Virus record (IMG/VR): IMGVR_UViG_3300031555_004710
Span: 128,001 to 192,000 of that record
DNA length: 64,000 nt
Reading direction: 5' to 3' (one strand)
DNA from: a virus
Lineage: Duplodnaviria > Caudoviricetes
Shown in pieces: positions 10,674 to 21,775 of the stretch. Under the pieces are notes generated by a model, which saw only the letters and a program-made list of their open reading frames with translations, made no database searches and was not told the origin of the DNA. Both the position numbers and the translations under genes were made by a program. How positions within the stretch are numbered: the first letter of the stretch is position 1; each line of letters starts with the position of its first letter.

Positions 10674-10716
10674 TTTTAAGATTGTTCTAATACATATTTA
10701 AGTCTCTGTTTTTAGC

Positions 10717-13716
10717 TTAACTTAAGATATCTATGTCTATATTTGGATAAGATTCTCCATTTAAATCAGTAAGAATATCTAAGTTTAGAAATTCTGGAAT
10801 AAAGTTTTCTTGATAATCTGTAAGATCTGGACCAATAACTTTTTGAGCTTCGTAAGTATATTTATTGAATCCGTAATATTCAATATATGCGATTTCACTA
10901 AAATTAGAACGCATTTCTGATATTAAATTCATAATATACAGATCTTGGCCAGCAGTTGTAATCTTATCGTCTGATTCAATATAATCTTGAATAAACTTTC
11001 TGCATTTTTTAATAAACTGATCATTCGATGCAATTGTATTAAGTTTAACTCCAAAATGGAATTTACATTTAACACTATCAAGTTTACCCATTCCATTTTT
11101 ATCATAACTATTACCAACAGTAAAGAATCTAGCTTTACCATAAGTATTATAGAATTTACTATCTATACTAAAGTTATTTTCTAAAGTATAATATGCACTA
11201 TTAAGTTGATCGTTAATAGAAATATATTTAGAAATAAAGTAGTCTATATTGTCTTTATTGATAGCCCATAGAGCACCAATTAACGGTGATTCTTTAATTA
11301 TTATTTTATAGTCACCTTCTTTTTCTGGTGGTTTAAAATCAACAACGCTTCGTATAAATGGAAGGGTTCCAACAAAGTTAATATTTTCATTCTCATTACT
11401 TATATATGTATTTGTAAGAGTAAACTCATTTAGTCCTACAAATCCTCTATCACGATATTTATTTGAGCTCTGGTTGTCTCCAATGTTTTTATATAATACA
11501 TTCATTTCAAGAGTATTATTTCTCATCTTAACAGCAACATTACTGTCTTCAATACCAGATTTATCATATATTCCATGAGTAATAACTATCTGCTCAGAAA
11601 GACTAATATCGTCATCTGTTGCAAGATATGCTTCCATTACATAACCTTTAACAGATTCATTATAGCTCTGTATTGTAAAAGGTATATATTTTCCATTATT
11701 AAATAAATTATTTTCTGGTAAATCTCCACACATTACAAGATTTCCTTTATCTCCAACTCGTTTTGTTGCTAATATATCACCAGAAATAAATTCATCTCCT
11801 ACATTAAATAACATTTCGTATCCAGTAATCGATTCTTTATTAATCGATATCGTATTTGATGCTTGTATCCATTGTATTCTCTCTTTTTCATTTTCAGTAT
11901 AATATTCTATAGTATACCTAATATAACCAGCTTGTATTTCATTGTCAAAATAATATTCTTCATTTATGACTCTGCCATTATGCGCTGCTATAATCTGATT
12001 ATCATCAGATGAAGTATCACTGAATGTAATTATTGATGTTGGATCGATATCGGTCGCTGGAGTTAAAAGAATTCTAAATCGATAATAATTTGAACCAATA
12101 ATCGAATTTCTATATACTGACAATGTACCAGCAATGAATTGCTGTACTGAGTTATCATTTACATATATATATTCTATAGGAAGATACATATTATTTGATG
12201 CCATATAATATCCTACACTATTAGGATCAATATTTACACCGATTAAAAATGGGTTTGTAAAGTATAATTTATCTTTAGAATCCTCATTTTGGATATCTAA
12301 AAATGTCTTAGGTTTCCCATTCTCATCTTTAGCTAATACTAAAGTATAATCATTATCGTTTTTATATTCAAAAATTGATCCCGGTTTTATAGAAACTCGT
12401 GATAAAATAGATGTTAAATCTTCTACAAAGTCACTCTTTTTAAATTCAATATCTAGAGTATTAGTAGGAATTATATTTTTTCCCGAATCTTTCATTACTG
12501 AATATGCACCAAATAAACGAATTAATGGATCATCTCGTTTCTTTTTAAATAATACTTTTACATTCGATATATTATCGGCAATATCATCAAAATGCAATTG
12601 TAAATCATGTGATGTTGTGATTGTATTATTAGTAGAATATGCTTTTAATATAGCATTACGAAATTCTTCTGTAAGCATTTGATCAGCACCACCAGTTGCA
12701 CTACCATTTACTTTACCAAGAATTGTCATATTTGTATTATATGGGTACTTTTCAGATTCGGAACTACATACAAGGTCTTCTGCAAAAGAATTAAAATTAC
12801 CAGCTGAACCTTGAGATGTATATACCCTACAAATAATTTCCGAATTATATTTAGGTGTAAAGATAGAGTTATATCTAAAAGTCAGTCTAATTTTATTTGA
12901 ATTTACCAATTCATATTGTACATATTTAGTCATTGGAGTTTTTCCATTTATCATTACTTTTGTCAACTGTTCTTCTTTACCATTTGCATTATCTTTGTAA
13001 AAAACTTCAAAATTTGCAAGGTTTCCATCGAAGTCAATATCCATTGTGATTGTATCTAATACACTATCTTTAATTACGATATTTGTAATCTCCGTCATTT
13101 CTAATTGACGAATTGTATCAATAAATAATACAACATAATTTATACCACTATCCTTAAGTATCTTATTAGAGATATATCGTGTATCATTTGAAGTATTTAA
13201 TGAATTAGATACTTTTGTATCATAATGAATTGTATGCGAATATTTACCCCCATTATCTTTTGAAAGAATTATAATAGGGTAATCCAACATAAATTGAATA
13301 TCGCCAGCAAAAATCTTTAAGCAGTTATCAATAACACATGTCCCTACATCATCTGACCATGTTGAATTTTCAATAATTTCATTTTGAGGAATTATTAATG
13401 CACATTTACATGTTGATGGTTTAGTTAATGGGATATCTATTGATTGAAGAGTTGCCATCGCATATAAGGATGAACTAAACTGTGCAGTGACAGGATAAAA
13501 TTCTCGTCTTGCAACTGCTATAGCATTAAATGAATCTTCTGCAGTATTTGCCATTATTTCATTTACATATCCAAAAATACCAACGTTATAATTATTAACG
13601 TTATTAAAATCAAAATATTTAGTGGCTATATTATTTAACCAATAACTCTTAATATCTGATATATTAGTATAATCAGCATAAACGTTATTAGTTGTAGTTG
13701 CCATAAAAATCACCAA
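10717..13716 (-). CDS. Baseplate wedge protein (T4 gp6/baseplate J-like)
   Basis: N-terminal TAQFSSSLYAMA; TSQGSAGN; ATGGAD..LTEEFR...YSTNNTITTSHDL resembles gp6 GGAD.E..ESIR...RAVT..DY; late promoter upstream. Confidence 0.7.
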   Translation of the reverse strand: MVIFMATTTNNVYADYTNISDIKSYWLNNIATKYFDFNNVNNYNVGIFGYVNEIMANTAEDSFNAIAVARREFYPVTAQFSSSLYAMATLQSIDIPLTKPSTCKCALIIPQNEIIENSTWSDDVGTCVIDNCLKIFAGDIQFMLDYPIIILSKDNGGKYSHTIHYDTKVSNSLNTSNDTRYISNKILKDSGINYVVLFIDTIRQLEMTEITNIVIKDSVLDTITMDIDFDGNLANFEVFYKDNANGKEEQLTKVMINGKTPMTKYVQYELVNSNKIRLTFRYNSIFTPKYNSEIICRVYTSQGSAGNFNSFAEDLVCSSESEKYPYNTNMTILGKVNGSATGGADQMLTEEFRNAILKAYSTNNTITTSHDLQLHFDDIADNISNVKVLFKKKRDDPLIRLFGAYSVMKDSGKNIIPTNTLDIEFKKSDFVEDLTSILSRVSIKPGSIFEYKNDNDYTLVLAKDENGKPKTFLDIQNEDSKDKLYFTNPFLIGVNIDPNSVGYYMASNNMYLPIEYIYVNDNSVQQFIAGTLSVYRNSIIGSNYYRFRILLTPATDIDPTSIITFSDTSSDDNQIIAAHNGRVINEEYYFDNEIQAGYIRYTIEYYTENEKERIQWIQASNTISINKESITGYEMLFNVGDEFISGDILATKRVGDKGNLVMCGDLPENNLFNNGKYIPFTIQSYNESVKGYVMEAYLATDDDISLSEQIVITHGIYDKSGIEDSNVAVKMRNNTLEMNVLYKNIGDNQSSNKYRDRGFVGLNEFTLTNTYISNENENINFVGTLPFIRSVVDFKPPEKEGDYKIIIKESPLIGALWAINKDNIDYFISKYISINDQLNSAYYTLENNFSIDSKFYNTYGKARFFTVGNSYDKNGMGKLDSVKCKFHFGVKLNTIASNDQFIKKCRKFIQDYIESDDKITTAGQDLYIMNLISEMRSNFSEIAYIEYYGFNKYTYEAQKVIGPDLTDYQENFIPEFLNLDILTDLNGESYPNIDIDILS

Positions 13717-13748
13717 CTTTCATTTCAAAATACTTTGGACTTATGGAT

Positions 13749-13760
13749 TACGAGTTTGTT
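13749..13760 (-). promoter_or_regulatory. Putative late promoter AACA-N6-TA
   Basis: Reverse strand aaca aactcg ta upstream of the baseplate gene. Confidence 0.7.
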
Positions 13761-13793
13761 TTTTGACTTAAAATAAAGGATTTAATATAAAAA

Positions 13794-13825
13794 ATAGATA
13801 GAAGGAGATTTCTCCTTCTATCTAT
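13794..13825. terminator. Intrinsic terminator
   Basis: atagatagaaggaga tt tctccttctatctat. Confidence 0.75.
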
Positions 13826-13829
13826 AAAA

Positions 13830-14831
13830 TTATATTTCTTTATATAATCCACTGAGAATTCTTGGCATTATTTTACTATCTTCATTTACAATAACATCCC
13901 ATGATCTATCATTTAATATATATGCTTTATTAAAAGTCACAAATAAGCAATAGAAGAAATAATCTGCACTCCATAATGCTAAATATGCACCATCTCTTCC
14001 CATATAAGATGAGAAAAGTCTTAAATATTGCTCAGCATTCATATCAATATTTGTGATTGAATGAATATTTGTGATTTCATTGGAAAACATTGTATATGCA
14101 AATGTTGACCAATCTTTATATAAATCAATACCTTTTTGATTTAAATTTGACTCAATCATTAAAATGTATTTTGATTTAGTATTCTTAATAAACTCTCCGG
14201 ATATTCTATCAATAATTGCTGGAGGGGTTTCTAAATAATACTTCATGAAGAATCTCATTGCAAAATACATGAACGCTTCGTAACGTTCTTGATTATTAAC
14301 AAAAATTCTTTGAGTTTTTAAAATATGATTAAATAATTTTGCCCATAAAAAAGACATCCATTTAGTAGTTTCAGTTGATATAACTGTTTCATCATTAAGT
14401 ACATTAAGTGCAATATATGCAGGAATTAAAAGATTATATAATTTAGGAATATCACATTTCGCTTCTAAGATATTACCGTTTTCCGATCTTTTAATTGTAG
14501 AGTACTTACTAATATCAACAATTACACAATTTTTACCATTTCTTTTTGTTTTAATATATGGAATATTTGCAGGAAATCTCTTATCTATAGGCATTGCAAC
14601 TAAAATTATTTCAAATTTTTTAACTGCCTCAACCGCTTTTAGTGTAAGAGTTTCTTTATATGCTTTTTGCACGCTATCCAAACTTTCTGTAATCTTCGAA
14701 TTTAAAACACATGTGTCATTAATTGATTTTACAGCTGTTGTAAGTTGTCCATATATTGCATTTCCAGAATTCATTTTAATAAACATATCTGAATTTGAAT
14801 AAAGACGCATTATAATTAACCTCGCTTTCAT
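13830..14831 (-). CDS. Hypothetical protein (late; possibly virion)
   Basis: 333-aa ORF preceded by late motif. Confidence 0.7.
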   Translation of the reverse strand: MKARLIIMRLYSNSDMFIKMNSGNAIYGQLTTAVKSINDTCVLNSKITESLDSVQKAYKETLTLKAVEAVKKFEIILVAMPIDKRFPANIPYIKTKRNGKNCVIVDISKYSTIKRSENGNILEAKCDIPKLYNLLIPAYIALNVLNDETVISTETTKWMSFLWAKLFNHILKTQRIFVNNQERYEAFMYFAMRFFMKYYLETPPAIIDRISGEFIKNTKSKYILMIESNLNQKGIDLYKDWSTFAYTMFSNEITNIHSITNIDMNAEQYLRLFSSYMGRDGAYLALWSADYFFYCLFVTFNKAYILNDRSWDVIVNEDSKIMPRILSGLYKEI

Positions 14832-14854
14832 ATTTAATATGTATTCGTAAACTT

Positions 14855-14866
14855 TAAAGAATTGTT
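14855..14866 (-). promoter_or_regulatory. Putative late promoter AACA-N6-TA
   Basis: Reverse strand aaca attctt ta. Confidence 0.65.
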
Positions 14867-14902
14867 AAAATCGAACAAAAAATATTAGTAGGCTAGAAAA
14901 AT

Positions 14903-15568
14903 CTAGCCTACTTTAATTTTAGTCAATAAATCATTATCATATGGAATTAACTCACGTTCAATTACATTTTGATATACAAAATAAATTGAATTAAATATCT
15001 TTCCAAGCTCATCGATATCTTTTTGATTTATAGGATATAATGTTGATATTCTTTCATTTACAAGAATTATTGAACCACCATCTATTTTATAACCATTTTC
15101 AGTCATTAAATTATAATAACCACCAAGTTGTAATAAATGCTTCATATATACTCTTTTACTAGATTTAAAGTCGTTGAGCATATTAAATCCACTCATTTCT
15201 GCAAACCAGTCTATAGTTCCACCATACCCAAGTTTAGAAGATACAAATGTTTTCTCAGTGAAAATTGTATTATACGAATAATCTTTTATCATATTTGAGA
15301 ATTTATCTGCAATTTTTGTATATTTCTCTTCTTCTAATTTATCTTTAAATACAATGGGTTCGTTTGCTAGTGATGGGTCAACGATATGTTGTACTATTGT
15401 ATGAATTAAAGTTCCTGAATCGGCTAATCGATTTAATTCTGTATCATAATCGATGTGCCTAAATCCTAGCATATTTGCCCATTTGATAATTTCTTTATTT
15501 CCTAATACTTGCAATATCGTAGTTACTGATGGAACCTGTTTCCCATCAGGACATTCGTAAATATGCAT
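14903..15568 (-). CDS. PD-(D/E)XK exonuclease (Cas4/lambda-exo-like phage nuclease)
   Basis: VPSVTTIL, GTLIH, E...YGGTID...NDFKSS, QLGGY. Confidence 0.85.
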   Translation of the reverse strand: MHIYECPDGKQVPSVTTILQVLGNKEIIKWANMLGFRHIDYDTELNRLADSGTLIHTIVQHIVDPSLANEPIVFKDKLEEEKYTKIADKFSNMIKDYSYNTIFTEKTFVSSKLGYGGTIDWFAEMSGFNMLNDFKSSKRVYMKHLLQLGGYYNLMTENGYKIDGGSIILVNERISTLYPINQKDIDELGKIFNSIYFVYQNVIERELIPYDNDLLTKIKVG

Positions 15569-15593
15569 TTTTAATCACCTCTCAATTAATTAA

Positions 15594-15609
15594 TATATTA
15601 TTTATGTGA
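15594..15609 (+). promoter_or_regulatory. Putative early promoter TATATTAT-ttatg-TG
   Basis: Recurring motif upstream of the 15626 operon. Confidence 0.6.
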
Positions 15610-15625
15610 GAGTTATAAAATATTC

Positions 15626-17212
15626 TTGGTAAGACCTATATTTAATATATTAAAAAACGAAAGGAAGATACTAATGAACGATAACTTTTGGGATGGGTTA
15701 TTCCCATCAACTGAAGATGATAATGAAAATGATAATTATGGAAACTTCCCATTTAATATTCCTGGACTCTTTATTTTAGGAAAAGGGTCACCTAATTCAA
15801 ACCATCAAAAAATATCATCAATTTTTAAAAATATAAATTTATTATGTACTTTATTTAATGAGGAATATGGAATATTCCTCATTGATAAAATTGATAAAGA
15901 TGATAACTCTAAGTATCTTTTAGAATGTACTAAAATGCCTAATTCTCGCAAAGAATCAAAATATGATTTATTTTCTGTATATGAATATTTAGAGTCTAGT
16001 CATTTTATTAATTTTCTAATAGCAAAAACTTTTAATAAATCAGTATGGGCATATGAAGGTATAAATACAAAAATAGAAATAGTGAATAATGATGATGAAA
16101 AATATTCTAAAATTATGATATTTGTAGAAACATCTTCTATTCCGAATTATATATATGAAGATATTCTTTTAGACAGTTTAAAAGAAAATAATACGTATAT
16201 AGATTCGACAATACCAAATTCACCTTTGATGATTAAAGTTATAAAAAGTAAATCGTACTATAGACCGATAATAGTATATGATGTAACATTCGGATTTAAT
16301 AAAAAATCAAAGGTTAATTTCAATAATATAGATTCAATGAACTTCTATGACTGTTTTATATATTCAAAATATATAAATGATGCAATATTGAGTTTTTATA
16401 TTGGGATTCCAATAAAAATATTTAATGAATATAAAGAAAAGTTACTGAGGGTACAGTATATTGTAGAATATTCTGAACGTATAATGAAAGTTAAAATTAT
16501 ATGCACTCCTACACTATATTATAGTGGGTCAAATGTAATTAGTAAATACTTATTTATAAATGATGAATTGCATATGTTTGGTTGTCAACGACTAGATGAT
16601 AGTACCGAAAATATTGATACTAAAGAAGTATCATTTATAAATAATATTTCATCATCAGACGTTAGTCAATTGATTGTATTATCGACATTTAGAAAAGGTA
16701 TAGTTAATGAATTCTGTGAAGAGTACTCATCATTAATATGTGATTCTTTAATATTTACTCTTAATCGAGAAATCATTAGATTTAACAAAATGAAAGAATA
16801 TAGTAATCCACCGAAAATATTTACAAATCTATTGAGTAATAAGAGTGCGTTTAATTATGTTGATAACTACTGGGTACCAGCACAACCGATTTTAATAAAT
16901 GTCTCAAGTTCTGAAAATACTTCAAATATCACAAAGATGAGAATTTATGGATTTATTAATTTTAATAGAGATGAGCTTTCACCAGATGATAAATTTGAAG
17001 ACGTTTATAACGATTTACAATATGAATTGAGAAATATACTTGGTATTACAAAGTCAGATTATAATCATAATGATTTTGGGACAGTGTTGTGTTATGAAAA
17101 TATGAATACTTCACGAATAATGCTATTTAAATTTATAACTGATGAGGAGCCAAAAACTAAAAATGCTCCTAATAAATCTGCAAAATCTAAACTATGGAGG
17201 GGCAAGAATTGA
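15626..17212 (+). CDS. Hypothetical protein
   Basis: 528-aa ORF; likely start 15674 after AAGGAAG. Confidence 0.7.
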   Translation: MVRPIFNILKNERKILMNDNFWDGLFPSTEDDNENDNYGNFPFNIPGLFILGKGSPNSNHQKISSIFKNINLLCTLFNEEYGIFLIDKIDKDDNSKYLLECTKMPNSRKESKYDLFSVYEYLESSHFINFLIAKTFNKSVWAYEGINTKIEIVNNDDEKYSKIMIFVETSSIPNYIYEDILLDSLKENNTYIDSTIPNSPLMIKVIKSKSYYRPIIVYDVTFGFNKKSKVNFNNIDSMNFYDCFIYSKYINDAILSFYIGIPIKIFNEYKEKLLRVQYIVEYSERIMKVKIICTPTLYYSGSNVISKYLFINDELHMFGCQRLDDSTENIDTKEVSFINNISSSDVSQLIVLSTFRKGIVNEFCEEYSSLICDSLIFTLNREIIRFNKMKEYSNPPKIFTNLLSNKSAFNYVDNYWVPAQPILINVSSSENTSNITKMRIYGFINFNRDELSPDDKFEDVYNDLQYELRNILGITKSDYNHNDFGTVLCYENMNTSRIMLFKFITDEEPKTKNAPNKSAKSKLWRGKN

Positions 17213-18378
17213 AATATAAATTTATTGTATTAGCAGACCTTCATTGGGGAGCTATGGATAGTTATAAAATGTATAATAATCTACAGTTGGTATTAGAGTT
17301 TATTCGGCAAATGAAAGATTCTTTAGATTTCATTATCATTGCTGGAGACTATTTCGACTATAGGTTACAACTTAATTCAAAGACTGCACTTGCGGCAGTT
17401 CAATGGTTTGACGAATTAGTTAATACATGTAGGGAATCTAACATTAAAAAGATTAGGATGTTTAAAGGTACTAGAGAGCATGATAATGATCAGTTGGAAA
17501 TATTTCGTCCACCATACGAATTAGATGATGGATATTTTAAAATATTTAATACTACTGAGAGTGAGGAATTGCTTCCAGGCTTAAGATGTATATATTGCCC
17601 AGATGAAAATATGAATTTATCGGAATATCATCAGGTATATTATAGTAAATTCATCCCTCATCCAAATATCGGATTCTTTCATGGTAATTTTGATACAATC
17701 CTTCCAGATATTGAATTTAATAGAATTCAAGAGCATAACTTAGCTACAATGATTTATGAATATGATAAGTTTTCTAAGCTTATTAAAGGACCTATGATAT
17801 CTGGTCATTGGCATGTTAAAAATGAGCATAAATCTTTATATTACGTAGGAAGCTATGATAGATGGAAATTTAACGAAGAAGAAGATAAGGGATTCATCTA
17901 TGGTGAAATAGATACCGATACAAATGAATATTTTATTCATCGAGTAAATAATCCTTTAGCAACTCAGTATAAAACTATAATAGTTAGCTCAGATGAATAT
18001 TCTACACCTGAGCAGTTTGCATCATTATCAAATATGATAAATGATTATTTAAAGGATGATTCTGAGATAAAACTCAGAGTGTCATATTTATTAAGCTCTA
18101 ATAACGATGAAGCCTTAGTAAATTACAATATATTTCAACGACAGTATAGTACATGTAAGCAAGTTAAAATTGAGATAAAAGATTTGGTTAAACGTGAAGC
18201 TAAGAAAGTTAAGAAAAAACAAGTTGAAATAGAAGCTTCTAAATATCAGTATATATTTGATTCTGATTTAAAAAATATACCTAATATCGTACATCAATTT
18301 ATTCTTGATAATAAATCTGTCGATATACCCACTGCAACGATAGCAAAGTATATCAATAAATATTTAGAGAATAAGTAG
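17194..18378 (+). CDS. sbcD: SbcD/Mre11-like metallophosphoesterase nuclease
   Basis: ADLHWG, AGDYFD, GTREHD, FHG, GHWH, YVGS motifs. Confidence 0.8.
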   Translation: MEGQELKYKFIVLADLHWGAMDSYKMYNNLQLVLEFIRQMKDSLDFIIIAGDYFDYRLQLNSKTALAAVQWFDELVNTCRESNIKKIRMFKGTREHDNDQLEIFRPPYELDDGYFKIFNTTESEELLPGLRCIYCPDENMNLSEYHQVYYSKFIPHPNIGFFHGNFDTILPDIEFNRIQEHNLATMIYEYDKFSKLIKGPMISGHWHVKNEHKSLYYVGSYDRWKFNEEEDKGFIYGEIDTDTNEYFIHRVNNPLATQYKTIIVSSDEYSTPEQFASLSNMINDYLKDDSEIKLRVSYLLSSNNDEALVNYNIFQRQYSTCKQVKIEIKDLVKREAKKVKKKQVEIEASKYQYIFDSDLKNIPNIVHQFILDNKSVDIPTATIAKYINKYLENK

Positions 18379-18391
18379 AATATTTAAACAC

Positions 18392-18444
18392 ATATATCTA
18401 AGAACTTTTTAGAAATTTTCCAAACTAAAAGTTCTTAGATATAT
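18392..18444. terminator. Hairpin terminator
   Basis: atatatctaagaactttt ... aaaagttcttagatatat. Confidence 0.65.
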
Positions 18445-18499
18445 TTTTTATATGTACTATAACTATAATTACGTTTACGTTTTATAATTTAGGAATGAG

Positions 18500-19090
18500 G
18501 TGAAAAATATGGACCCAAATAGAGAACAACGACTTCTTGAAATCTTAGCAGATGACCCATCTATGATTTTAATCTTTAAATACAAACACACTACTGATAA
18601 TATGTGGAAAATCTGCATTGAGAATGAACCATCATTATTTCAGTTTATGAAAACTCCTTCTGAAGAGATGATACTATTTGCATTATCTGAGGATGGCGCA
18701 AATATAAAGTATCTCAAGGAGATGGGTATTTCGTTAACTCCAAGAATGATATATACTGCAGTTAAAAGCTATCCAGGAGCAATATATATGATTCCTGCTG
18801 AATTACGAACTACTAAATTGAGAGAATATGCCTGCAATGAAGACCCATCATTAATGAAAGAGCTTCCATTAAAGAGAGAATATGTAGAAAAGAAATTAAA
18901 AGAAGATCCTGCACTTGTTAGATTTTTAAAGAATCCTACAGAAGATCAGTTATGCAAAGCAATTGCTGCAGATCCAAATATATGTGCATATGTTGATAAG
19001 TTTACACCTAAAGTAAAGCAATTAATAAAGGAACTTTATCCAGAAATTATTCCTCTTATACCAAGGCTTTCTGAGCAATTTACAGAATAA
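18500..19090 (+). CDS. Short-helical-repeat protein (DUF4116-like)
   Basis: Repeats of A..D/EP..I.F/Y..P.E. Confidence 0.55.
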   Translation: MKNMDPNREQRLLEILADDPSMILIFKYKHTTDNMWKICIENEPSLFQFMKTPSEEMILFALSEDGANIKYLKEMGISLTPRMIYTAVKSYPGAIYMIPAELRTTKLREYACNEDPSLMKELPLKREYVEKKLKEDPALVRFLKNPTEDQLCKAIAADPNICAYVDKFTPKVKQLIKELYPEIIPLIPRLSEQFTE

Positions 19091-19100
19091 AATTTAGGCT

Positions 19101-19112
19101 AACATCGACATA
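19101..19112 (+). promoter_or_regulatory. Putative nvRNAP promoter AACA-N6-TA
   Basis: aaca tcgaca ta upstream of dnaB. Confidence 0.65.
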
Positions 19113-19143
19113 ACAGAAATCAAAAGGGGAGTGAAAAATCCAC

Positions 19144-20826
19144 ATGAGTAAAGTGGTTACTAGAAAAAGTTCCTCTCAACAAACTTCTGGAAAAATAAAA
19201 TTTAACTTTGACGTGCAGATGTTAAATGCACTTATTCAATATACTCAATGTGAATACATTGCACGTTCTGATTTATATAATCTAGAAAAGTTATTAAGAT
19301 ATAGTGATGCTGAATTATATCGCCATGAAGTTCCAATCTATCTTAGATTATGCACGATTCAATCTATTCTAAGTTCAATGATTGGAAAAGGTTTAACGAA
19401 TTTAGATTTAATTAGAAGTCAGTTGAGACAGGATTTTGAACCTGGTATCGAAATTATTGATGATATCGGGTTTATGAAAAATAAACTTAATATCTCAGAA
19501 TGCGAATACATAAATAAGTTCGTTAATGAGAAACTTCAATATATTGAAATTTATCAAAAGAAAGATAAACTAATCAATCTTTTAAGAAAGATTGATGATA
19601 CAGCAGATTATAACGTATCATATTTTGAGACGATACAAGAAATAAAATCGACCGTTAGTGAGCTAATGGTATCTATTCAGGATAATGATCAAAATCAAGG
19701 TCTGCTTAGAGAATTTTCATTCTCAAATACAGATGCAGCAAATATATTGTCAAATATTGTTAATAAGGCAAAACAACCTGCTGCTATTTTACAAACTGGA
19801 ATTAGGCAGTTAAATGCAATATTATCTCCAGGATTTCAGTCTGGTAGACTATATACTATAGTAGGCGGTTCAGGAAAATTTAAATCTGGTACTTTATTAA
19901 ATATAACTGACCAAGTTAGAAGATATAATCCTCAAATTATACCATATGAAAATGGTATGAGAAAATGTATATTATTTATAACATTGGAAAATTCGATTGA
20001 AGAAACTGTTGAAAGACTTTATGATATGTATTCTGGTATGGATTCTGATTTAAGAAATATGTCTATTGAGCAAGTTCTAGAAACTTTAAGAGATGATGGT
20101 GGATTAGATTTTCGTAACGGTGGTGGAATTGATATCTGCTTTAAATATGCTGGAAATTTGGAAATATCGACAGCCGATATTTATGGAATGATATCAGATT
20201 TAAATAATAAGGGGTTAACCCCTATATGTATAGTATTGGACTATATTAAACGAATAGATTCCGCACATAATTCAAATGGCGACGAACGTGTAAGAATGTC
20301 ATTTGTTGCGAAGGAGTTAAAAACTATAGCTCAATATTATCAGATTCCTGTAATTACTGCAATGCAATTGAATCGTGAAGGTAACTCTATTATAGATTCT
20401 GCAATGCGTGAAAGTAAGCAAGACGTTGCTAGGTTTGTAGGTTCTAGTTCAATAGGTAATGCTTGGGATATTATTGAAGATTCTGACTGGGTATGCTTAA
20501 TAAACTTAGAATTACAAAAATCAACTCAGCGACTATTCTTAACTTTTAAACGTTTGAAGATTCGTGGTAAGAAAATACCGATGGCAAGTGATTATTTCAA
20601 TCATCCGTTTACAAATGCGAAAAATATTCGATTAGAACCAGATGTTGATAAAGAGGGGACATTGAGTATTATGTCTTTAGCAAATGATTTGGAATCAATT
20701 GATGAAGAGGCTGAAAATAAGAAAAATAATTTAACTAATCTTCAGCAAAAGAATAGAGAAAAGAAAAGTTCTGATTCAATATTAAATTCATTAAAAGGTA
20801 CACTTCCTAATGGATTAATGTCATAA
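19144..20826 (+). CDS. dnaB: Replicative DnaB-like helicase
   Basis: LQTGIRQLN, Walker A GGSGKFKS, FITLEN, VLDYI, ITAMQLNR, IIEDSD. Confidence 0.9.
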   Translation: MSKVVTRKSSSQQTSGKIKFNFDVQMLNALIQYTQCEYIARSDLYNLEKLLRYSDAELYRHEVPIYLRLCTIQSILSSMIGKGLTNLDLIRSQLRQDFEPGIEIIDDIGFMKNKLNISECEYINKFVNEKLQYIEIYQKKDKLINLLRKIDDTADYNVSYFETIQEIKSTVSELMVSIQDNDQNQGLLREFSFSNTDAANILSNIVNKAKQPAAILQTGIRQLNAILSPGFQSGRLYTIVGGSGKFKSGTLLNITDQVRRYNPQIIPYENGMRKCILFITLENSIEETVERLYDMYSGMDSDLRNMSIEQVLETLRDDGGLDFRNGGGIDICFKYAGNLEISTADIYGMISDLNNKGLTPICIVLDYIKRIDSAHNSNGDERVRMSFVAKELKTIAQYYQIPVITAMQLNREGNSIIDSAMRESKQDVARFVGSSSIGNAWDIIEDSDWVCLINLELQKSTQRLFLTFKRLKIRGKKIPMASDYFNHPFTNAKNIRLEPDVDKEGTLSIMSLANDLESIDEEAENKKNNLTNLQQKNREKKSSDSILNSLKGTLPNGLMS

Positions 20827-20862
20827 AAATATAGACGTGTTTAATAAACACGTCTATATTTT
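20826..20862. terminator. Bidirectional terminator
   Basis: aaaatatagacgtgttta a taaacacgtctatatttt. Confidence 0.8.
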
Positions 20863-21310
20863 ATTTAATTAAATCAGATGATATTTCTTCTTCATTATAA
20901 TTTTTAGTTTCATTCTCCAAATTTAAAATTCTTACCAATTTATCAACCACATCTACTCTGAAAAGATAAATTGTCCTAGAATTAAATTCTGTGATAGTAT
21001 GAAGTTCATTTGCTTCCAATATTAAGAACCAAAGCTCCGTTGTACCATAAATATCATATGAGAGAACTTTAGGATTAAATTTATATTTTGAATATTCTTC
21101 ATTTGATAATGAAATCTTAATTTTAATATCTTTTAATTCTGGCATATATTTAATAACCAGATTTTCAAAATTTAAGAGCATTTTGCTATCATTGACTGTA
21201 AATACTTGCTTTAAAAAGAAGGAAGATACGTTAAAATCTTCGTTTCTAAATTGTGCAACATAATCTTTTATGGTTGGTTCTTTTCCCATACTCATAGTCG
21301 AATTGGCCAT
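20861..21310 (-). CDS. Baseplate protein, T4 gp53-like (LysM-like)
   Basis: P..LSYDIYGTTELWFLILEAN resembles gp53 RPD.LS..LYG...LWW.IL..N. Confidence 0.65.
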   Translation of the reverse strand: MANSTMSMGKEPTIKDYVAQFRNEDFNVSSFFLKQVFTVNDSKMLLNFENLVIKYMPELKDIKIKISLSNEEYSKYKFNPKVLSYDIYGTTELWFLILEANELHTITEFNSRTIYLFRVDVVDKLVRILNLENETKNYNEEEISSDLIK

Positions 21311-21335
21311 ATGAATTCACCTTCTTTCATATAAT

Positions 21336-21692
21336 CTAATAAGTTATAGAATTATCTTCATCTTCTGGAGATAATTTACAAATGAGTCCATCCTCAGTTT
21401 TTACTTGTATCTTTAGTGAGCTACCATAACCGTAGCGAGGATATTTGTACGAGTTGTATGATGCTTTAGCAGTAATAAAATTTTGAGTTGATATTTTTGA
21501 AGCGACTGCTGGTTTACAATCATTTGCATTTATATAGCAAGACTTATTTAAAGATACTGGAGTTGATTTTGGGAGACCCATTGATATTTTGGACATTAAT
21601 GAAGGAACATATACTTTTAAATCCCCATTAGAAGAACCATAGGGGGATGATTGAATATACTTTGCAGATAATAATTCATTCACTTTATACAA
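21336..21692 (-). CDS. Hypothetical protein (likely baseplate/virion associated)
   Basis: 118-aa ORF, AGGAG RBS, late-motif variant GACA-N6-TA at 21736-21747. Confidence 0.6.
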   Translation of the reverse strand: MYKVNELLSAKYIQSSPYGSSNGDLKVYVPSLMSKISMGLPKSTPVSLNKSCYINANDCKPAVASKISTQNFITAKASYNSYKYPRYGYGSSLKIQVKTEDGLICKLSPEDEDNSITY

Positions 21693-21775
21693 TATTATCG
21701 ACTCCTTTTTATAACACTATAAAATTGAATAATCTTAAATACTTGTCAAATAATTTATTAATGTAAAAAATTAAG